From positions 2,397-66,396 of the forward strand of contig PFBV01000003.1 in the NCBI GenBank assembly GCA_002778465.1: a stretch of 64,000 bases of DNA, given 5' to 3'. The position numbers were made by a program, and so were the translations under genes. Each line of letters begins with the position of its first letter. Within the stretch, counting starts at the first letter, position 1. The DNA comes from Candidatus Magasanikbacteria bacterium CG10_big_fil_rev_8_21_14_0_10_36_32 (GTDB lineage: Bacteria; Patescibacteriota; Patescibacteriia; Magasanikbacterales; GWA2-37-8). This document shows positions 59,368 to 64,000 of this stretch, piece by piece. The notes under the pieces are model-generated. The model had not been told where the DNA came from. It worked only from the letters and a program-made list of their open reading frames with translations, and ran no database searches.

Positions 59368-59378
59368 AGAAATAAATT

Positions 59379-61010
59379 ATGGGTAAAATTGAAGAAAAAG
59401 TTATTTTACTGGCGACGGAAAAAATCCGTCTTCGCCGGCTGAACAATGCCGAACAATTCAATGAATTAAAACGGTTTGTTTTGCGTTCAGAAATTAAAAG
59501 CGGAACACTTCCGTCAACAGCCAATTTGCTTAAAGCATATCATAATTTAGTGGAAAAAAACAAGTTATCACCCAATAAAATACTGGAAAAACTGCTGGTT
59601 AAACGAGCGGTCAGAACATTGTCCGGCGTATCCATCGTCACTGTTTTAACTAAACCATTCCCCTGTCCGGGAAAATGCGTTTATTGTCCGTTGGAAAAAA
59701 ATATGCCAAAAAGCTATTTATCTGAAGAGCCGGCGGCCGCCCGGGCATTAAAACTGAATTTTGATCCGTTCAAACAGGTAACGGCGCGATTAAACACTTT
59801 AGAAAAAAATGGTCATCCAACCGATAAGGTTGAATTAATTGTTAAAGGCGGAACATGGAATGCCTATCCAATCAATTATCAATATTGGTTTATTTTAAGA
59901 TGTTTTGAGGCCTGCAACGCGAAAAATCAATCAAAAATAAAAAATCAAAAATTCAATTCCAAAATAAAAATTAACGAATTTAAAAAAATATTAGCCGGCG
60001 AACAGAAAAAAAATGAAACAGCGCAACACAGAATTATAGGACTGACTTTAGAAACCCGTCCGGACTTTGTCACTTATGAAACAGTCGGGCAAATGCGCGA
60101 ACTCGGCTGTACCCGAGCTGAACTTGGCGTACAAACAACCGATGATAAAATTTTAAAAATAATAAAACGCGGACACGCGGCGGAAGACATAAAAAAAGCG
60201 GTAAAATTGCTGAAACAATATGGTTTTAAAGTTGATTTTCATCTTATGCCGCAACTGCCCGGTTCCACCCCGGCCAAAGATTTAAAAATGCTATTAAGTG
60301 TTTTTTCAGATTCAGATTACCGTCCGGATATGCTTAAAATTTATCCGTGCGCGGTAATAAAAAATTCCGAATTATACCGTTGGTGGAAAGCTGGAAAATT
60401 TCAGCCTTATTCCAACAAACAACTATTATCAATTTTGAAAAAATTTAAAGCTCAAGTACCTTATTATGTCAGAATATCCAGATTAATCCGCGACGTACCC
60501 GGCCGTTATATTGAAGCCGGCAATAAAGTCACAAATCTGCGGCAAGTTATTCAATCGGAAATGGCGGCGGAAAAATTAAAATGTAAATGTCTGCGATGTC
60601 GAGAAATAGGACATCAAGAAAAAATAAAAAATAAAAAATCAAAAATCAAACTATTTTCTAATAAATATAAATCCAGCGGCGGAATGGAATATTTTTTAAG
60701 TTTTGAAGATATTAAACGGCAAGCGATATTTGCTTTTTGCCGTTTAAGAATTGATAAAACCGGAATTTATCCGGCTTTTATCCGCGAATTGCATGTTTAT
60801 GGACAATCAATTTCAGTCGGCGAAAGGGAACAAAAAGCTTCTCAACATAAAGGTTTGGGAGTAAAATTAATTAAAGAAGCGGAAAAAATTTGTAAAAAAC
60901 ACAAAATCAGAGAAATTGCCGTTATTTCCGGAGTTGGTGTGAAAAATTATTATAAAAAATTCGGCTACAAACCGGAAAATACTTATATGATAAAATCACT
61001 AAAACACTAA
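59379..61010 (+). CDS. elp3: Elp3-family radical SAM/GNAT tRNA uridine(34) acetyltransferase
   Basis: RTLSGV, CPGKCVYCP, ETRPD, IRELHVYG, QHKGLG, VISGVG...YY.K.GY. Confidence 0.92.
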   Translation: MGKIEEKVILLATEKIRLRRLNNAEQFNELKRFVLRSEIKSGTLPSTANLLKAYHNLVEKNKLSPNKILEKLLVKRAVRTLSGVSIVTVLTKPFPCPGKCVYCPLEKNMPKSYLSEEPAAARALKLNFDPFKQVTARLNTLEKNGHPTDKVELIVKGGTWNAYPINYQYWFILRCFEACNAKNQSKIKNQKFNSKIKINEFKKILAGEQKKNETAQHRIIGLTLETRPDFVTYETVGQMRELGCTRAELGVQTTDDKILKIIKRGHAAEDIKKAVKLLKQYGFKVDFHLMPQLPGSTPAKDLKMLLSVFSDSDYRPDMLKIYPCAVIKNSELYRWWKAGKFQPYSNKQLLSILKKFKAQVPYYVRISRLIRDVPGRYIEAGNKVTNLRQVIQSEMAAEKLKCKCLRCREIGHQEKIKNKKSKIKLFSNKYKSSGGMEYFLSFEDIKRQAIFAFCRLRIDKTGIYPAFIRELHVYGQSISVGEREQKASQHKGLGVKLIKEAEKICKKHKIREIAVISGVGVKNYYKKFGYKPENTYMIKSLKH

Positions 61011-61109
61011 AACACAAAAACCGACGGTTTGTTAAATATTTTCAAAAATTTAAGCATTAAAAAATTATTTATAAAATTAAAAATTCAAAAATTATAAAAA
61101 TTTCATCTT

Positions 61110-62348
61110 ATGAATCATAAAAAACTATCAAAATTTGATACAAAAATATATTCCGCCATTGAAAAAGAAAAACAACGGCAGGAACAGGGTCTTGAAATGA
61201 TTCCATCGGAAAATTTTGTTTCACCGGCGGTTTTGGAAGCGCTTGGTTCAATTTTAACCAATAAATATTCCGAGGGTTATCCCGGTAAACGCTATTATGG
61301 CGGATGTGAATTTATTGATGACGCGGAAACATTAGCGATTGAACGGGCAAAAAAACTTTTTAAAGCCGAACACGTAAATGTTCAGCCGTTATCCGGCGCG
61401 CCGGCCAATGTGGCGGTTTATTTCGCTTTGTTAAAACCGGGCGATACGGTATTGGGAATGGATTTATCACACGGCGGACATTTAACACATGGGCATCCGG
61501 TCACCTATATGGCGAAAATTTTTAACTTTATCCGTTATAAAACAACATCAGCCGGAAAAATTGATTATAAACAAATTGAAATTTTAGCAAAAAAACACAA
61601 ACCAAAAATAATTCTGGTTGGCTATTCGGCTTATTCGCGGGAAATTAATTATAAAAAAATTCAAATTATCGCTGACAAGGTAGGCGCCATTACTATGGCG
61701 GATATCGCCCACATCGCCGGTTTGATTGCCGGCGGACAAATGAATAATCCCGTTCCAATTTTTGATGTTGTCACCACCACCACTCACAAAACTCTGCGCG
61801 GACCGCGAGGCGGAATGATTATGTGTAAGAAAAAGTGGGCAAAAATAATTGACAAAGCGGTGTTTCCGGGATTTCAAGGCGGACCGCATGAAAATAATAT
61901 TGCCGCCAAAGCTGTTGCTTTTAAAGAAGCGTTGGAACCGACTTTTAAAACTTATGCTAAACAAATAATGAAAAACGCCAAAATTCTGGAACAAGAATTC
62001 AAAACACGCAATTACAAGATTTGTTTTAACGGCACCGATAATCATCTGCTACTGATTGACTTAAACAATAAAAATCTTTCCGGCAAAGAAGCTCAGGAAG
62101 CGTTGGATAAAGCCGGTATTACAGTCAATAAAAATATGATTCCGGACGATCCGCGTTCGCCAATGGATCCGTCAGGCATCAGGCTTGGCACGCCGGCTCT
62201 GACCAGTCGAGGAATGAGAGAAAAAGAAATGAAAATAATCGCCGGATGGATTGATCAAGTGATAATCAACCGACAAAATGACAAAAAACTGGCAGAAATT
62301 AAAAAACAAGTCGTAAAAATGACAAAAAAATTTCCGCTATATAAATAA
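61110..62348 (+). CDS. glyA: Serine hydroxymethyltransferase
   Basis: [34 protein letters not shown]. Confidence 0.98.
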   Translation: MNHKKLSKFDTKIYSAIEKEKQRQEQGLEMIPSENFVSPAVLEALGSILTNKYSEGYPGKRYYGGCEFIDDAETLAIERAKKLFKAEHVNVQPLSGAPANVAVYFALLKPGDTVLGMDLSHGGHLTHGHPVTYMAKIFNFIRYKTTSAGKIDYKQIEILAKKHKPKIILVGYSAYSREINYKKIQIIADKVGAITMADIAHIAGLIAGGQMNNPVPIFDVVTTTTHKTLRGPRGGMIMCKKKWAKIIDKAVFPGFQGGPHENNIAAKAVAFKEALEPTFKTYAKQIMKNAKILEQEFKTRNYKICFNGTDNHLLLIDLNNKNLSGKEAQEALDKAGITVNKNMIPDDPRSPMDPSGIRLGTPALTSRGMREKEMKIIAGWIDQVIINRQNDKKLAEIKKQVVKMTKKFPLYK

Positions 62349-62359
62349 AATAAATAAAC

Positions 62360-62393
62360 AAAAAATCCCCGGCGTATTGTCGGGGATTTTTTT
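62360..62393. terminator. Bidirectional terminator
   Basis: aaaaaatccccggc-gtatt-gtcggggatttttt. Confidence 0.8.
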
Positions 62394-62402
62394 AGAATAA
62401 AA

Positions 62403-62609
62403 TTATTCGCATTTCTGGCCAAAACACTTTTTTATTTGGCATTTTAATTTTTCAAAGAAACTTCCTTTTCCGCAACAAGTTTGTTCACTTGTAACATTGG
62501 CGGCAACCGGCGCGGCTGGCTGATTTTCAACCACTGGCGGAGTGTCATTGATTACCGGCGAGGTGTCGTTAACCACTGGCGGGGTTGTCGGAGCATTTTG
62601 CTGTTCCAT
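62403..62609 (-). CDS. Small Pro-rich protein with amphipathic Cys-containing C-terminus
   Basis: PPVVNDT-like repeats; C-tail shared with 62666..63712. Confidence 0.6.
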   Translation of the reverse strand: MEQQNAPTTPPVVNDTSPVINDTPPVVENQPAAPVAANVTSEQTCCGKGSFFEKLKCQIKKCFGQKCE

Positions 62610-62665
62610 AGTTTTAAAATTAAAATTAATTAATATTCTTTAATACATTATACACCTAAATGAAA

Positions 62666-63712
62666 TTATGTACACTCTTTGCCAAAAAACTTTTTTATTT
62701 GGCATTTTATTTTTTCCAATAAACTTTCTTGTTTAACCGAATCCGTTTTAACCGCCATATCCTCTTCTGCCGCGACCGGATGATTAATAACCGCCGGAGT
62801 CGGACAATTCACTCCGCCGGAAATCAAACCTATTTTACAGCCAAAATTTTTAAACCTTAATTTTATATAATCCCAAAGATTTTGATTATCCATCAAATAA
62901 GGAACATAAGGCAAGGTGGTGGAAACATCAGCCACTGACTGATTAAGTCGGTCGCAAATGCGATTACCCACAAACGTCCAATAACGCGCGCGGGTTTTTT
63001 CTTTCATTTCAGAATAATCATCACGCAATTTGATTTTTTTATCATATTCATCAAATTCATTAATCGTCGTTCGGAATTGGCTGAAAATCCAGCCGTGTTT
63101 AACATCTTCAGTATTATTCAAACACATAAACAAACCGGTCATTTCAATCCACTTATCATCATTCATTCCATCAATAATAGCGTCAGCGACAGCGCAATTT
63201 CCGGAAACAACCAATTCATTGTATTTATCTTCGTAACGCTTATTCATTTCTTCAATATTCCAGTCTGCCTGCATTGCTTCATCTCCGGAAGTTTTAAAAT
63301 TTGTCTGCCACGCGTAAGCGGCATATTCAGCCGATGTTACCCCAAATTGCGACATAATGGCATTAGTCTGTTCTTTATCAACCACAGCCTCATTCACACA
63401 GCGGAGACGGGCGGTAATTTCCACCCAAATCTCAGGGGTCATTTTTCCACTGCCGGCGGTTAAAAATTTTTTCGCTTGTTCAGCTGTTTGTTGCGTGTTT
63501 TTTATCACTTCAGCGTTATTCATCATCATTTTACCCAAATCAACCGCTCCCCGAACAGTTCCGGTGACACTAACTTGCCGATTATTATTTCCAATATTTA
63601 ACAACTTCTCTTTGATTAAATCCATCGGATTCTGCGCGGCGGAAACAAAATCAACTGACACAAAACATACGCTAAAGACAATAAAAAAAATAACGATTGT
63701 TTTTTTAAACAT
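62666..63712 (-). CDS. Secreted hypothetical protein with an internal domain duplication
   Basis: Signal peptide; M....W.E.T....C....I.SQF..T..E occurs twice. Confidence 0.75.
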   Translation of the reverse strand: MFKKTIVIFFIVFSVCFVSVDFVSAAQNPMDLIKEKLLNIGNNNRQVSVTGTVRGAVDLGKMMMNNAEVIKNTQQTAEQAKKFLTAGSGKMTPEIWVEITARLRCVNEAVVDKEQTNAIMSQFGVTSAEYAAYAWQTNFKTSGDEAMQADWNIEEMNKRYEDKYNELVVSGNCAVADAIIDGMNDDKWIEMTGLFMCLNNTEDVKHGWIFSQFRTTINEFDEYDKKIKLRDDYSEMKEKTRARYWTFVGNRICDRLNQSVADVSTTLPYVPYLMDNQNLWDYIKLRFKNFGCKIGLISGGVNCPTPAVINHPVAAEEDMAVKTDSVKQESLLEKIKCQIKKFFGKECT

Positions 63713-63887
63713 AAATTAAAAATATGATAAATAATCTTTTTTATATTATATCATATTAATTTTTTATTTTTAATTTTTTAAACAGCTAAAATAAAAAAAC
63801 AACCCCGACATTTGGTCGAGATTATTTTGCCCCCTCCTCCTTCAATATATATATTATACACCATTTAGCAATGCTAATACACTACAT

Positions 63888-63896
63888 TGTGGATAA
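63888..63896. promoter_or_regulatory. Consensus DnaA box
   Basis: TGTGGATAA; a degenerate aaatccaca follows nearby. Confidence 0.4.
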
Positions 63897-64000
63897 CTAT
63901 AAAAACTGTTTTAAATCCACAACACAATCTCAAAACTCAAATGTTAAATGTCAAATCTATAACTCAAAACCCTCAATCTAAAAAAACACTACTATTGTTT

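Overview
AT-rich bacterial chromosome segment with most genes on the minus strand. It is most consistent with a Patescibacteria/CPR (Parcubacteria-type) genome; this is inferred from a DUF5663-like gene, tandem gpmI, a short AspRS, mostly SD-less core genes and tRNAs without encoded CCA. The first 34 kb is mainly housekeeping: argS-tyrS-valS, glycolysis (gpmI x2, eno, pgk, gap), scpAB, aspS, rlmI, tsf-rpsB, rpmE-prfA-prmC and tRNA-Leu. Further right are rplY, folD, glyA, tRNA-Val and an Elp3 gene head-to-head with a Trm9-like methyltransferase. The main unexplained structure lies between 35.4 and 58.6 kb: nine self-contained one- or two-gene cassettes with a shared layout. Each has a sigma70 promoter with a 17-bp spacer, a boxA-like motif (G[C/T]TCTTTAACAA-type) in the leader, usually a small hairpin and a Shine-Dalgarno, an orphan ORF (several visibly GC-richer), a second GTTCTTT motif and an intrinsic terminator. 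Four cassettes carry one divergent membrane-anchored two-Cys protein family. Two share a 67-bp 3' end, and two adjacent ones beside tRNA-Val share an exact 48-bp promoter-boxA repeat. No integrase, reverse transcriptase or nusB gene is visible in the window. All calls were made by eye; no database searches were run.
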